A DNA stretch of 64,000 nucleotides from Malacoraja senta (GCA_038087875.1 CM075996.1:8310001-8374000); one strand, 5' to 3'; shown: positions 27,284 to 40,690, counted from the stretch's first letter. Notes: generated by a model not told the origin, from the letters alone. A program made the numbers and translations.

Positions 27284-27909
27284 GGCTGAGCTGTACCTAC
27301 ACTTCAATTACCTGCCTTTGCTCCATTTACCATGCTATCATGGTAACAAAAAAAATTCCTTTGCCTTGGAACCTGTAATTAATTATTTATCCCCCTCCAC
27401 AGTTGCCAAGGGTCCTTCCTCCAGCCATTCCCCTTTCCACAGCTAATTAGAAAGGGAGCATTAAATTAACCTGCAATCTTGACTAAAGCACCAGCTTTCA
27501 GTCTGAAGTCTGCATTCCCTCCGCAGATGTTGCCTGACCCGCTGAGCTCCTTCAGCACTTTGAGTTTTGCATTAAATTAACCTGATTCACCATCAGTCCT
27601 TCCCATCACTAATATCTCCAAAATTAACAAGTTCTGAAAAATGAATGTCAGTTTTCACATTCTTGTAATTTATTTTTTCCCTTCTTGGTTTTGGTAATGA
27701 GATAAATGAAACCTGCAGCACATCGTGTCGACTGGCCTGTTCACTGCTAACCGTGCGATACTCTCAAATCTGTTTATCCAATTCCCTTCTGAAGGTTACT
27801 ATTGAATGTATCCACCACCCAATCAAGTGGTGAATTCCAAACCCTAATCCCTCAATGCATAGAAAGACTTGTATCACGTTTGGTTCTTTAGCCTCTTTGG
27901 TCTCAACTT

Positions 27910-27937
27910 CTGAAGAAGGGTCTCGACCCGAAACGTC
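27910..27937 (+). ncRNA. Minimal hammerhead ribozyme core
   Basis: CTGAAGAAGGGTCTCGACCCGAAACGTC, intact. Confidence 0.7.
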
Positions 27938-28086
27938 ACCCATTCCTTCTCTCCAGAGATGTTGCCTGTCCCACTGAGTTACTCCAGCTCTTTTTTGTCT
28001 ATCTTCACCTTAACTTAGTGTTCTTCGGTTTTTGGCCTTCAATCTCTGGAATTGATTTGACTTTATTTCCTTTGCTATCTCTGCTA

Positions 28087-29022
28087 TGTGAACAAACCCT
28101 GTTTTTTGAGTTTGTTCTGTAACTCTAACCCCTCAGGCTTGTGCAGGTTGGATGGCGTGAATACAGGAACTGTTAGATTGATGAAATTCTCAGTCTTTGA
28201 TAAAGTAATTTATTCTCGAGATGTGGACTTTGTTGGCGAGGCCAGCATTTTGTCCCTTGCGGATCCACCACTGATTATCCAGCACCCTTGCATCCAGAGC
28301 CTTTCTGGATGATCCATTTTGACGGACCATCAGAGGTCACGGCCTTGGGGGACCAAGATACCGGCCTCCAAATTCGGCCGTGGAAGTTGGCTATGGGATC
28401 GGATCTGCCTGCCAGAGTTCCAGAGCCCTGGCTGCAGGGAGCAAATTCGACCATTCGACCCGCCAATTGACGCGCAAGTCTCGAAGAGGTCGAGATTGGC
28501 GCCTCACCCAGCCTCGGCACCACATTTTCGGGGGGGTGGACTTGTACAACCTACCAAAGGCCTTGCAAGGTCCCTTCCAAAGGCAACGGAGCTACAATTG
28601 TACTGGTACACTGGGATGTGTCTCATGGGGAGGATTTCTTATACTGAAAGAATCTGCAGAGCCAGTTAAGGGTTTATAACAATCCAGCAGATTTGTTTTT
28701 ACTGTTGCCAAAGTTTTATTCACAGACTTGAAATGTATGATTCAGATTCTTGAACTGTCTGTTTCAATTTGATCAAAAGGGTTCCTTGGTTTTCTAATGC
28801 TTTGATACTGTGGGTGGTGATACTGTGACTCTGAATCAGCAGGTAGTCCCATTCTAGAGCTTAAACCACGTAAATCTGGGCAGACACTCCGGCTGAAGAG
28901 AGCTGGGGACTTTTCCCAGGTAGCTTGACAAGAATTTATCCTTCCAGCCGCAACAAATGTTAAATATTATAGAATTGAAAAAGCAAATTAACAGCGTAGA
29001 AAATCTGAAGTGAAAACAATGC
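28087..29022 (+). repeat. Old local duplication, copy 1 (paralog at 31080-31740)
   Basis: Colinear similarity over ~650 bp, e.g. CAGCAGATTTGTTTTTAC(T/C)GTTGCCAAAGTTTTATTCACAGAC. Confidence 0.85.
28260..28544. mobile_element. Tc1/mariner(Tigger)-like MITE
   Basis: Short TIR (CGGATCCACC / GGTGGACTTG) plus TA; absent from the paralogous copy near 31275. Confidence 0.6.
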
Positions 29023-29357
29023 TGGGAACGCTTGTCATTTGGGCAGCTTTTGCAAAGGAAGAATTAGATACTTTCTTCACGAACGCTGCCTGACCAGCTG
29101 AATATTTTGAACACTTTTTGAAACATTGCTCTTCTTTGGGGAAGCTGATGTGGAATTTGCTGCTTGCTTTACAACAGTAACGATGTTATTTTAAAATACT
29201 GGCTTAACTGCAAAGCGTGAACAGACCTTGTAGATACAAGTTTCAAGGACTCGCCTATCTATTCATTTATTTGGTATAAATGTGTAGCAACATATAAGTC
29301 CTACAGCCTTAAAACCAAGCCCGTGGGTGGGTTTCACCAGGTTAAATGTGACTCAGA

Positions 29358-29647
29358 TTTTTTTTTATTTTTAATTTCCCAACGACTTTATTCGAGAAAT
29401 AAATATATATAATACATGATCCATACAAAACTCCATCCGACATTCTCGGAGGCTATACATACATTCAATACAGTTTCCCCAAAACACAATTTTACCCCAC
29501 ACCCTTGCCACTCATGTGGCCCACTGTCGTGGAATCCCTTCCCTTATTTTGAGGGGCGTCTCCACCACCCCCATGTCCAGCAGCGGAAGGAACCTAGACT
29601 GTGGTCCTCCCCCACCGAGCCTTGGCGTTGGCTGCACCGAGCTTCAA
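29358..29647 (-). mobile_element. Tx1/L1-clade LINE 3' end
   Basis: Minus strand reads ..KLGAANAKARWGRTTV*, then a 3' UTR, AATAAA and an A-rich tail. Confidence 0.6.
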
Positions 29648-30117
29648 TCCTTGAAACCCTGGGCCCCAGCCCCAAGCTCAGACAGAGCTGCTTCTTTGTT
29701 CTCACAGCCAATATCCGTACCTGAGAACTCTCTGGGTTAGGCTGGAGTCTGAGGTAATTTATTGAGTCGGTGTCCCTGGGCACCTGGTTACAAGCTCTAG
29801 GCCTGCACAGGCACACAGATTTGGGCCTTTCAGGTCACTGGCCTCAATTGATTTATATGTACCTGAGTGGAAGTCAAGAGTAACTGCACCTGCGACTTCA
29901 AATGTCCAAGAGTGGGCATGTTTGAAGTGCTCACAAGTAGGAATACACAGCTCTGGTTTGCATTCTTTGGAACATGAAATTATGGCGTTTTAGAATTGTG
30001 GACTGCAGTATGTTACTGAAGAAGAATTATAACAGGATTTCTTGCATAAATATAGAAACATTCTGTGGAGTTCAAAACTATGAATGCAAAATGACTAAAT
30101 TTGCATGAGATGAAGTT

Positions 30118-30622
30118 TTTAATTTAGTTTAGAGATGGAGTGTGGAAACAGGCCCTTCGGCCCACCAAGTCTACGCCGACCAGCGATCACCCCATACACT
30201 AGCACTATCCTACACACTAGGGAGAATTTACAATTTTTACCGTCGCTAATTAACATACAAAACTGTACATCTTTGGAGTGTGGAAGGAAACCACTAAGGT
30301 GTCGCAGAAGGCTGTGGAGACTATCATTGGCTATTTTTAATATAGAGATAGATAGATTCTTAATTAATACGGGTTTACGGGGAGAAGCCAGGAGAATGAG
30401 GTTGAGAGGGAGAGATTGATTAACCACGATTCAATGGCGGAATAGACGACGAGCCGAATGGCCTCATTCTGCTCCTATCACTTATGAATCTGGAGCACCC
30501 GTGGAAAACTCATGCAGGTCACGGGGAGAACGAACAAACTCCGTACAGACAGCATCGATGGTCAGGCTCAAATCTGGATCTCTGACGCTGTAAGGCAGCA
30601 ACTCTATTGCTGCGCCACTGTG
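30118..30622 (-). mobile_element. HE1-like SINE interrupted by a CR1 3' fragment (~30296-30488, +)
   Basis: SINE halves flank the CR1 tail. Confidence 0.8.
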
Positions 30623-31847
30623 GTCTTTGCATGAAACTCAGAAACTAATTTACCAAATAAATTGAGAGAATGTGGAACTTACTACCGCACTGAATGGTTG
30701 AGACCCACAACATAAATGCTTTAATGGAAACAGGATTAGTATATCCTGGAAGGATGGAATAGGATGTGAAAAATAAGGAAAATATTAGAAATGTTTAATT
30801 AAAGTGACATCTGTGAAGAACAATAACAACTGCAGGAAGGTTGCAGCATAGAAGGAGGCTGTTCAGCAAATCTTGTCCATGCTGGCTTTATTTGCAAACT
30901 CCCCACCTAGTCCCAATCCACTGCTCTATCCCCAACGCCCTGCAATTTGTTTCCTTTCAAGTATTTATCCAATTCTTTTTAAATACCATGATTGGGAGTG
31001 GCCTTTGCCTCCACCTCAGTGGCATTCAGCACCCTAATGTTGTTCCTCGTGTTAGTTTTATTTCCTCTCCTCTCTGCCGTGTGAACAAACCCTGGTTTTC
31101 AAGTTTGTTCATGTAACTCTAATCCCGCTAATCCCTTATGTTGCCCGTAGTAGGAGGACAGGCTTGTGCAGGTTGGATGGTGGCACTGTCAGATTGATGA
31201 CGTTCTTGGTCTTTGATAACGTAATTTATTCTTGAGGCGTGGACTTTGTTGGCAAGACCGGCATATTGTTCATTGCAACCGACCAAAAGCCCTGTGTCTT
31301 GCAAAATCCCATCCAACGGCAGTAGGGCTACTGGTGCACTCGTGCACTGGGATTTGTCTAATGGGGAGGATTTCTTTTCCTGAAAGAATCTGTGGAGCTA
31401 GTGAAGGGTTTATAACAATTCAGCAGATTTGTTTTTACCGTTGCCAAAGTTTTATTCACAGACGTGAAATGTATGATTCACATTCTTGAACCGCCTGTTA
31501 CAATTTGATTTAAGCGGTTTCTTGGTTTTCTAATGCTAGCCTCGTGAATGCCTTAATACTGCGGGTAGCACGCCTCTGAGTCAACAGGTAGTCCCATTCT
31601 AGAGCTTTAACCACAAAGAGCTGGGAACTTTCCCCTGGTAGCTTGACTAGATGTTATCATTCCAACAACACCAAATTTAAACTATTATAGTATTGAAAAA
31701 GAAAATTGACAGCGTTGAAAATCTGAAATTAAAACATTGCACTCCTCTCTCCCCTTTGCCCTGCAACTAGTTTCCTATCCAGTTCCCTTTAAATACCATG
31801 ATTGGAAGTGGCCTTTGCCACTACCTCAATGGCATTCAGAACCCTAA

Positions 31848-32177
31848 TAGCCCTGTCCCACGGTACGAGTTCATTCCAAGAGCTCTCCCGAGTTAGCCCT
31901 GAATCGAACTCAGAGATTTACGGTAATGGCCGCTCGTCGGTACTCGGGGCTCTCGTGAACATTTTTCAACATGTTGAAAAATCTTCACGAGTCTTCCTGA
32001 GCTTACCTGCCGTTAGCGAGTCTTCCCGAGTACCTGCCGTTAGCGTTACGAGCCGATAGGAGACGTCCCCGAGCACCGACATACCCGCTACGTTCATTCT
32101 CCGTGCTTACCACGAGTTTGATTTTTTTTAAACTCGGGAGAGCTCTTGGAATGAACTCGTACTGTGAGACAAGGCTT
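31848..32177. mobile_element. PIF/Harbinger-like MITE (family A)
   Basis: TIRs; TAA TSD at 31845-31847 and 32178-32180; empty site in the paralog near 31035. Confidence 0.85.
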
Positions 32178-34005
32178 TAACACCTTTCTTCATGTTAGTT
32201 TCTGTTCTTCTGCCGTTTACTAGCATTCTATGTCTTGTGTTCCTTCCAACCAACTATGTCTTGTGACCCTTTCACCAATAGGAACAGGTTCTCTCTGCTT
32301 ACTTAGTGAATGGAAATAACCTCTATTCTCAGAGGTTCTGGTTCTCGTCCAATCTCTTCTCTTGCGGGTGTTATATCTAAATGCATGTAGTACACAAAAC
32401 GAGGTGGATGAGTTTAAAGCACAGTTAGAAATTGGCAGGTACCACATTGTGTGCATGGCTGAAGGATCAGAGCTGGGAGCTGAACATCCACACATACACA
32501 TCCTATTGAAAAGACAGACAGGTGGGCAGAAAGGGGTGGAGTGGATCTGTTGGTAAGGAATGTAACCCAATCCTTAGCTAGAAACAATATGGGATCAGAA
32601 GATGCAGAATCCTTGTGGGTCGAGTTAAGAAACTGCAAGGGTAAAATTATCATGATGGAAGTTATATACAGGCCGTCAAATATTAGTCAGGATTTAGGGC
32701 ACAGATTATATCAGGACATAGAAAAGGCATGTAAGAAAGGCAATGTTACAGTGGTCATGAGGGATCTCAATATGCAAGTAAACTGGGAAAATCAGGTTGG
32801 AACTGGATCCCAAGAGAAGGAATCTAGAATGCCTACGACGTGGCTTCTTGGAGTATCCTGTGGTTGAGTGCACTAGGGGAAAGGCAATTCTGGATTTGGT
32901 GTTGAGTAATGAACCTGACTTGATTAGGGTGCTTAAGGTGCAGGAACCGCAAGGAGGGCGTGATCATAATATGATAGAATTCAGCCTGCAATTTGAGAGG
33001 GAGAAGCTGAAATTGGACGTATCCGTATTACCGTTGAGTACAAGTAACCTCAGGGGCATGAGGTGGGAGCTGGCTAAAGTTGGTTGGAAGGGGACCCCGG
33101 CACAATGACGATGGAGCAACTATGGCAGGATTTTTGGGTGTAATTCGGTAGACAATCTTTTCATCCCTAACAGGAAGAAACATACTCAGGGAAGAATGAG
33201 GCGTCCATGGCTGACAAAGAAAGTTAAAAATAAAAGAAAATGGTTAAAAAAAAGCTAGTATTGGGAAGCTTTAAAAAAACCAACAGAAGGTAACTAAAAA
33301 AGCAATAAGGGAGAAAAGCTGAAATATGAAGGTAAACGTTTATTCAGATGTACGAGTAAACGAGAGGCAAGAATGAACATTGGACTGCTGGAAAATGATG
33401 CTGGAGGAGTGATAGGGAACGTAGAAATGGCAGATTAACTGAATTTCTTGTTTTGCGTCAGTCTTCACAATGGATGACACCAGCAATGTGCCAGAAATTC
33501 CAGTCAAGGCACAGAAATCAGTGCAGTCACTATTACTGAGCAGAAGGTAGACAAAAAGCTGGAGAAAACTCAGCGGTGAGCAGAAGATGCTTTGGGAAGC
33601 TGAAAGGTCTGAAGGTGGATAAGTTACCTGGACCAGATGGACTGTACCCCACGGCTCTGAAAAAGGTAGCGGTTGAGATTGTGAAGGTATTAGTGGTGAT
33701 CTTTCAAGACTCGCTAGAGTGAGGAATGGTTCCAGAGGACTGGAAACATGCAAATGTATCTCCACTGTTTAAGAAGGGAGCGAGGCAAAAGAATAGGCTG
33801 GTTAGTCTGACTTCTGTGGTTAGTAACATTTTAGAGTCCATTATGAAGGATAAGGTTTCGGGGTACTTGCAGCACAAGATAAATAGGCCAAAATCAGCAT
33901 GGTTTTGTGAAGGAGAAATCTTGCCTGACAAACCTATGGGAACTTTTTGAGGAAGTAACAAGCGGGACAGACAAAGAAGCGCCAGTGGATGTTGTTTATT
34001 TGGAT

Positions 34006-34211
34006 GTAGACACAAAATGCTGGAGTAATTCAGGGGGTGAGGCAGCATCTATGGAGAGAAGGAATGGGTAACATTTTGGGTCGAGACCCTTAGACCCTTA
34101 GAATTGTCACCCATTCCTTCTCTCCATAGATGCTGCCTCACCCGCTGAGTTACTCCAGCATTTTGTGTCTACCTTCGATTTTATCCAGCATCTGCAGTTC
34201 TTTCTCACACA
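34006..34211. mobile_element. Short inverted pLTR element
   Basis: 14-bp TSD TTGTTTATTTGGAT at 33992-34005 and 34212-34225. Confidence 0.85.
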
Positions 34212-34429
34212 TTGTTTATTTGGATTTTCGGAAGGCCTTTGATAAGGTTCCATACGTGAGGCTGCTAAACAAGATAGGATACCATGGTATTAGAAGCAAG
34301 GTACTTGCCTGGAGAGAAGATTGGCTAGCTGACTGGCAGACGGCAAAGCATGGGAATATCGGGAATCTTTTCTGGTTGGCTGCCAGTGACTAGTGGTGTT
34401 CCGTAGAGGCCACTACTTTTCACAATATA

Positions 34430-34832
34430 TATAGAAACATGGGAAAATAGGTGCAGGAGGAGGCATTCGGCCCTTCAAGCCAGCACCGCCATTCATTGTG
34501 ATCATGGCCGATCGTCCCCAATCAATAACCTGTGCCTGCCTTCTCCCCAGATCCCTTGATTCCACCGGCCCCTAGAGCTCTATCTAACTCTCTCTTAAAT
34601 CCATCCAGTGACTTGGCCTCCACTGCGCTCTGTGGCAGGGAATTCCACAAATCACAACTCTTCTGGGTGAAAACATTTTTTCTCACCTCACTTACATGGC
34701 CTCCCCTTTATTCTAAGACCCCTGGTTCTGGACTCGCCCAACATTGGAACATTTTCCTGCATCTAGCTTGTCCAGTCCTTTTATAATTTTATATGTTTCT
34801 ATAAGATCCCCCTCATCCTTCTAAACTCCAGA
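34430..34832 (-). mobile_element. CR1 3' fragment inserted antisense in the older CR1
   Basis: Reverse complement of the CR1 tail and ORF2 end. Confidence 0.8.
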
Positions 34833-35156
34833 GAATTAATGATATGGGTGATGGAATTGATGGCTCTGTGGCTAAGCTTCCGGATGATACAAAAAATAGG
34901 TGTAGGCGCAGGAAGTGTTGAGAAGCAGAGAGTGTGGAGAGGGAGTTGACAGGTTAGTGGAGTAGGCAAACAAGTGGCAGATGGAATAGAGCGATGCAAG
35001 TGTGCCAACATGCACTGTGGTCGTAGGAACGAAGATGTGGACTACTTCCTTAATAGGGAGAGGATTCGGAAGTTGGAGGTGCAAAGGACTTGGGAGTGGC
35101 CGGCGTAGGATTCTTAGACAGATGGTGTAGGATTCCCAAAATGTTAATTTGCAGGT

Positions 35157-35803
35157 AGACAAAGTGCTGGAGAACTCAGCGGTGCAGCAGCATCTATGGA
35201 GCGAAGGAAATAGGCAACGTTTCGGGGCTGAAACCCTTCTTCAGACTGATGTAGGATGGGTGGGGGGGGGGCGGGAAGAAGAAAGGGAAGAGGAGGAGCC
35301 AGAGGGGGACCGAGCGGAGGTGTTCGGCGAAACGATCGCCAAGCCGTTGCTTGGTTTCGCCGAACACCTCCGCTTGGTCCGCATTAACCCACCTGATCTT
35401 CCTGTGGCTCAGCACTTCAACTCCCCCTCCCATTCCGAATCCGACCTTTTTGTCCTGGGCCTCCTCCATGGCCAGAGTGAGGACCACCGTAAATTGGAGG
35501 AGCAGCACCTCAAATTCCGTTTGGGCAGTTTGCACCCCAGCTGCATGAACATTGACTTCTCCAATTTCCGGTAGCCCTTGCTGTCTCCTCCCCTTCTCAG
35601 CTCTCCCTCAGCCCTCTGGCTCCTCCTCTTCCTTTCTCCTTTCTTCTCCCCACCCCCCTCCCACCCTACATCAGTCTGAAGAAGAGTTTCGGCCCGAAAC
35701 GTTGCCTATTTCCTTCGCTCCATATATGCTGCCTCACCCACTGAGTTTCTCCAACACTTTTGTCTACCTTCGATTTTCCAGCATCTGCAGTTCCTTCTTA
35801 AAC
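35157..35803. mobile_element. Penelope-like element with inverted pLTR and GIY-YIG fragment
   Basis: FAEHLRLVRINPPDLPVAQHFNSPSHS..RKLEEQHL..MNIDFSNFR; 18-bp TSD at 35139-35156 and 35804-35821 (1 mismatch). Confidence 0.9.
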
Positions 35804-35907
35804 AAATGTTCATTTGCAGGTCAAGTCAGTGGGAAGGAAAGCAAATGCAATGCTGCCATTCATTTTGTGGGAACTAGAATATAAAAAGCAACGATGTAAT
35901 GCTGAGG

Positions 35908-36149
35908 ATGGACATAAAATGCCGGTGTAATTCAGCGGGTCAGGCTGCATCTCTGGAGGAAAGGAATAGGTGACGTTTCGGCTTGGAACCCTTCTTCAGA
36001 CTGTTCCGACCTAAAACCTTCCCTATTCTTTCTCTGCTGAGATGCTGCCTGACCCGCTGAGTTACACCAGCATTTTGTGTTTACCTTCAGTATTCCAGCA
36101 TTCCAGTATTCCAGGAATTATCAGCATTCGTAGTTCCTTCCCACACACA
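35908..36149. mobile_element. Short inverted pLTR element
   Basis: 14-bp TSD ATGTAATGCTGAGG at 35894-35907 and 36150-36163. Confidence 0.85.
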
Positions 36150-36797
36150 ATGTAATGCTGAGGTTTTATTAGGTGCCGGGGTGGCCACATTTGGAATATT
36201 GTGAGCAGTTTTGGGCCCCGGATCTGGGGAAGGATCTACTGGCATCAGAGTGGGTCCAGATAAGATTTGATCCCGGGGATGACTGGGCTAACGTATGAAG
36301 AGCATTTGAGGCTCTGGACCTGCACTCGTTGAAGTTTAGGGGAATGAGGGGGGAGGGGGGGTCTCATTGAAACTCACCGATTAATGATCGGCCTAGGTAG
36401 AAAGGATGTGGAGAGGATATTTCCAGTAATAGGAGAGTCTAGAAACAGGGCACAACCTCAGAATAAAAGGACATACCTTTTCAAAGGAGATGAGTTGGAA
36501 TTTCTTTGAATCTGGAATTCATTGCCACAGACGGCTGTGGAGGCCAAAATTGGGTATTTTAAAGTGGAGATGAATAGGTTCTTGATTAATAAGGGCATCA
36601 AAAGGTTACGGGAAGAAGGCAGGACAATGGGCGTAAGAGGGGAAAAGGAGATCGAAGGCGGAATAGACTCAATGCACCGAATGACTCGAAGCGTCACCTA
36701 TCCATGTTCTCCAGAGATGGTGTCTGCTGCATTTTCTCTGACCGTAACCGCTTTCCTAACGTTTGGTATCCTGCTCTGCACACAATACTTTAGTTGT

Positions 36798-37668
36798 CAA
36801 TAGACAATAGGTGCAGGAGTAGGCCATTCGGCCCTTCGAGCCAGCACCGCCATTCAATGTGATCATGGCTGATCATCCCCAATCAGTACCCCATTCCTGC
36901 CTTCTCCCCATATCCCCTGACTCCGCTATCTTCAAGAACCTTATCTAGCTCTCTCTTGAAAGCATCCAGAGAACCGGCCTCCACCGCTCTCTGAGGCGGA
37001 GAATTCCACAGACTCACCACTCTCTGTGAGAAAAAGTGTTTCATCAACTCCGTAAATGGCTTACTCCTTATTCTTAAACTATGGCCCCTGGTTCTGGACT
37101 CCCCCAACATCGGGAACATGTTTCCTGCCTCTAGCGTGTCCAAGCCCTTAACAATCTTATATGTTTCAATGAGAGAACCTCTCATCCTTCTAAACTCCAG
37201 AGTGTACAAGCCCAGCTGCTCCATTCTCTCAGCACATGACAGTCCCACCATCCTAGGAATTAACCTTGTAAATCTATGCTGTACTCCCTCAATAGCAAGA
37301 ATGTCCTTCCTCAAATTAGGGGACCAAAACTGCACACAATACTCCAGGTGTGGTCTCACTAGGGTTCTGTACAACTGCAGAAGGACCTCTTTGCTCCTAT
37401 ATTCGATTCCTCTTGTTATAAAGGCCAACATGCCATTCACTTTCTTCACTGCCTACTGTACCTGTATGCTTACTTTCATAGACTGATGAACAAGGACCCC
37501 CAGATCCCGTTGTACTTCCTCTTTTCCCAACTTGACGCCATTTAGATAGTAATCTGCCTTCCTGTTTTTGCTACCAAAATGGATAACCTCACATTTAACC
37601 GCATTAAACTTCATCTGCCATGCATCTGCCCACTCCCCCAACCTGTCCAAGTCACCCTGCATTCTCAT
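36798..37668 (-). mobile_element. Young 5'-truncated CR1 (HER1-like) LINE
   Basis: ORFs 37453-37668 and 36883-37449: WQMKFNAVKCEVIHFG..LYRTLVRPHLEYCVQFWSP..; CAATAGA tail. Confidence 0.92.
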
Positions 37669-37972
37669 GGCAGAACCTCAAGTCTAACATCAGAAATGGA
37701 GGCTGTTCATTCAACATGCAGCTTCCAGTCTCAGTATTTGTCACTGATTTCAGACACTGCTACCATTTACCTTGTCTGCTCCACCATTTACACCTCTTGT
37801 CTCATCTGGTTGTTAATATAATTGATCCATTCCCACATCCTTTGGACAGACAACAGTGCTCAGGCACTGTTGCTGGAATGGCTGGATCCTCAACATTACC
37901 CGTTCTCCACCTATCTTCTTAGCAAGCTTGGCCACAAAGCCATCAAAAACAAAATCCTTTTTGGATGGGTAA

Positions 37973-38120
37973 AGGGCCTGTCCCACTTGGGCGTGACCGC
38001 GCGTCACTGCCTACGTCACCACGCACCATGCGCGTGTAATGACGCTCGCATTGTACGTCGTGACACGCAAATGATGTTGCGTAAATGACATGCAAATGAC
38101 GCCCAAGTGGGACAGGCCTT
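37973..38120. mobile_element. Harbinger-like MITE (family C, 148 bp)
   Basis: TIR AGGGCCTGTCCCACTTGGGCGT / ACGCCCAAGTGGGACAGGCCTT. Confidence 0.8.
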
Positions 38121-38939
38121 TAGGTTGGAAACCTTCATAAGACTGAAAGTAGACGGGTGGGGACTGGAGGTAGGAAAAGGCCAGAACAAATCAGACCCAG
38201 CAACAGATGTGAACAAGGAAGGGTGGAGTCCATTGTTGACTGGAGAACAGGGATGTGAACTGTGGAACTGGTAGGATGACACGGGTGGGGGGAGGGAGAG
38301 AGAGAGAGAGAGAGAGCAGGGGTTACATGAAATCAGAGAAATCAACTCTCATACAGCTGGTATGACCACCCTAACTTTCAGTCTGAAGAAGGGTTCCAAC
38401 ACAAAACTTCACCCTTCACCCAGAGATGCTGCATGACCCGCTGAGTTATTCCAGCACTTTGTGTTTATCTTCGGTATGAACCAGCATTTGCAGTTCCTTC
38501 CCCCACATCCTTTGGCTTTGCTGCTCCATCCCATTGTCATTTAATCTCCCTCCTTTTATCTTCATCACGGGCCTTCTGTTTTAGGCTTTCCTTTCTTCAG
38601 TGCCCATTTCTCCCTGCATTCCTACTCTCCAACTTCCTGTGCACCGTAGTCTTTGACAATCGAATGTTTTCTCGTTACGATGTTAATTAATTGACCTGAA
38701 AATTCTCTCCACAGAAGCTCTCTCATTTGTTAAACATTTCCAGCATTTTCTATTTTATTTGGGATTTCTAGTGCCCTCAGTATTTTGTGACGGGGAAATA
38801 AAGGATGTGCTGTACAATGGAAGGGGGAGGAACAACAGGCAAAACCTATTTGGTTGAGTGCTTCAGGAACAAGGGTACAGGAGGCTCCTGAGAAATCCCT
38901 TGACAATTTTCACTGCATTAAAACCACAATTCAAATAGC

Positions 38940-39500
38940 AGAAGGTAGACAAAAATGCTGGAGAAACTCAGCGGGTGAGGCAGCTTCTATGGACCAAAGG
39001 AAATAGGCAACGTTTCGGGCTGAAATCCTTCTTCAGACTGATGTGAGGGTGGGTGGGGGAGGGGGGGAGGAGCCAGAGGGCTGAGGGAGAGCTGAGAGGG
39101 GGAGGAGAAAGTAAGGACTAACTGAAATTAGAGATCAATGTTCATACCGCTGGGGTGCAAACTGCCCAAGCGAAATATGAGGTGCTGCTCCTCCAATTTA
39201 CGGTGGTCCTCATTCCGGCCATGGAGAGGCCCAGGACAGAAAGGTCGGAATGGGAGGGGGAGTTGAAGTGCTGAGCCACCGGAGATCAGGTTGGTTATTG
39301 CGGACCGAGCGGAGGTATTGGGCGAAGCGATCGCCAAGCCTACGCTTGGTCTCACCGATGTAGAGCAGCTGACATCTAGAGCAGCGGATGCAATAGATGA
39401 GGTTGGAGGAGGTGCAGGTGAACCTCTGCCGCACCTGGAAAGACTGCTTGGGTCCTTGAATGGAGTCAAGGGGGGAGGTAAAGCGACAAGTGTAGCATTT
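38940..39500 (-). mobile_element. Penelope-like 3' fragment (GIY-YIG endonuclease + pLTR)
   Basis: RFTCTSSNLIYCIRCSRCQLLYIGETKRRLGDRF. Confidence 0.9.
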
Positions 39501-39537
39501 CATATTGCAGATATTGTTAGGCTCTGCATTCTGTCTA

Positions 39538-39912
39538 TGTTTAGTTTAGAGATACAGTGCAGAAACAGGTCCTTCGGTGAACTGAGTCCGCACCAAGCAA
39601 CGATCACGTCGTATATTAGCACCATCCTACATCTAGGGACAATTTACAATTCTGACCTAAACCAATTAAACTGTTTGGAGCGTGGGAAGAACACGGAGCA
39701 CCCTGGGGGAACCCACACGGTCACGGGGAGAACGTACAAACCAATTAATTAAACTGTGTGGAGCGTGGGAAGAACGCGGAGCACCCGGGGGAACCCACAC
39801 GGTCACGGGGAGAATGTACAAACTCCATACGGACAGCACCTGTAGTCGTGATCGAACCCGGGTCTCTGGCACTGTAAGGCAGCAACTCTATCGCTGCACC
39901 ACTGTGCCGCTG
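39538..39912 (-). mobile_element. HE1-like SINE with ~80-bp internal tandem duplication
   Basis: AATTAAACTG..GTACAAAC segment occurs twice (about 39660-39741 and 39745-39823). Confidence 0.8.
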
Positions 39913-40139
39913 TGTGTTAATTATCAGTCCTGCTTCCAGCCTGTGACGTTTTTGAGCCGATCTTTTGTTCGTATCTGCAGCTCCTGAACATTTCCAGATG
40001 TACAAGCAAATGTTCCTAGGAAGAGACGCAGGAGCTTGTATTGTAGCTGGTGAAGTTCCAGGCCATCAGACAGACAGTCAGATTACAATGGGCATCTCGT
40101 GGCAAGCCTGAAGATACCAGAGCGAAGGAATGGAATTGA

Positions 40140-40690
40140 ATGGTGAGTACTAATTTCGTATGTTGTAGGAACAGAATTAGGCCATTCAGCCCATCACGTC
40201 TGCTCCGCCATTAAATCATGGCTGATCTATCTTTCCCTGTCAACCCCTTTCTTCTGCCTTCTCCCCATAACCCTTGACACACCCTAGATAGACGCAAAAT
40301 GCTGGATTAACTCAGCGGGACAGGCAGCATCTCTGTCGAGAAGGAATGGGTGACGTTTTAGGTCGAGACCCGTCTTCAGTCTGAAACATCACCCATTCCT
40401 TTTCTCCAGAGATGCTGTCTGTCCTGCTGAGTCACTCCAGCATTTTGTGTTCATCTTCGATGTAAACCAGCATCTGCAGTTCCTTCCTACCCTTGACACC
40501 CTTACTAATCAAGAACCTATCAATATCCACCTTAAAAAGTATCCATTAACTTGACCTCTACAACCTTCTGTGGCAATGAATTCCACAGATTCACCGCCCT
40601 CTGACTAACGTAATTCCTCCTCATCTTTCTAAAGGAACGTTCTTTTATTCTGAGGCTAAGGCCTCTGGCCCTAGACTTTCCCACAAATAC
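40140..40690 (-). mobile_element. CR1 3' fragment containing an inverted pLTR insertion (40286-40490)
   Basis: CR1 tail halves; flanking repeat CCCTTGACAC. Confidence 0.8.

Larger units (their letters stand above)
32362..36650 (+). pseudogene. Decayed near-complete CR1 ORF2 (APE endonuclease + RT), fragmented by younger insertions
   Basis: RVLYLNACS (APE N-terminus), ESLWVELRN..IYRPS, ILDLVLSNEPDLI..DHNMIEF, VPEDWKHANVSPLFKKG, VYLDFRKAFDKVP, C-terminal LWNSLPQ. Confidence 0.85.
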
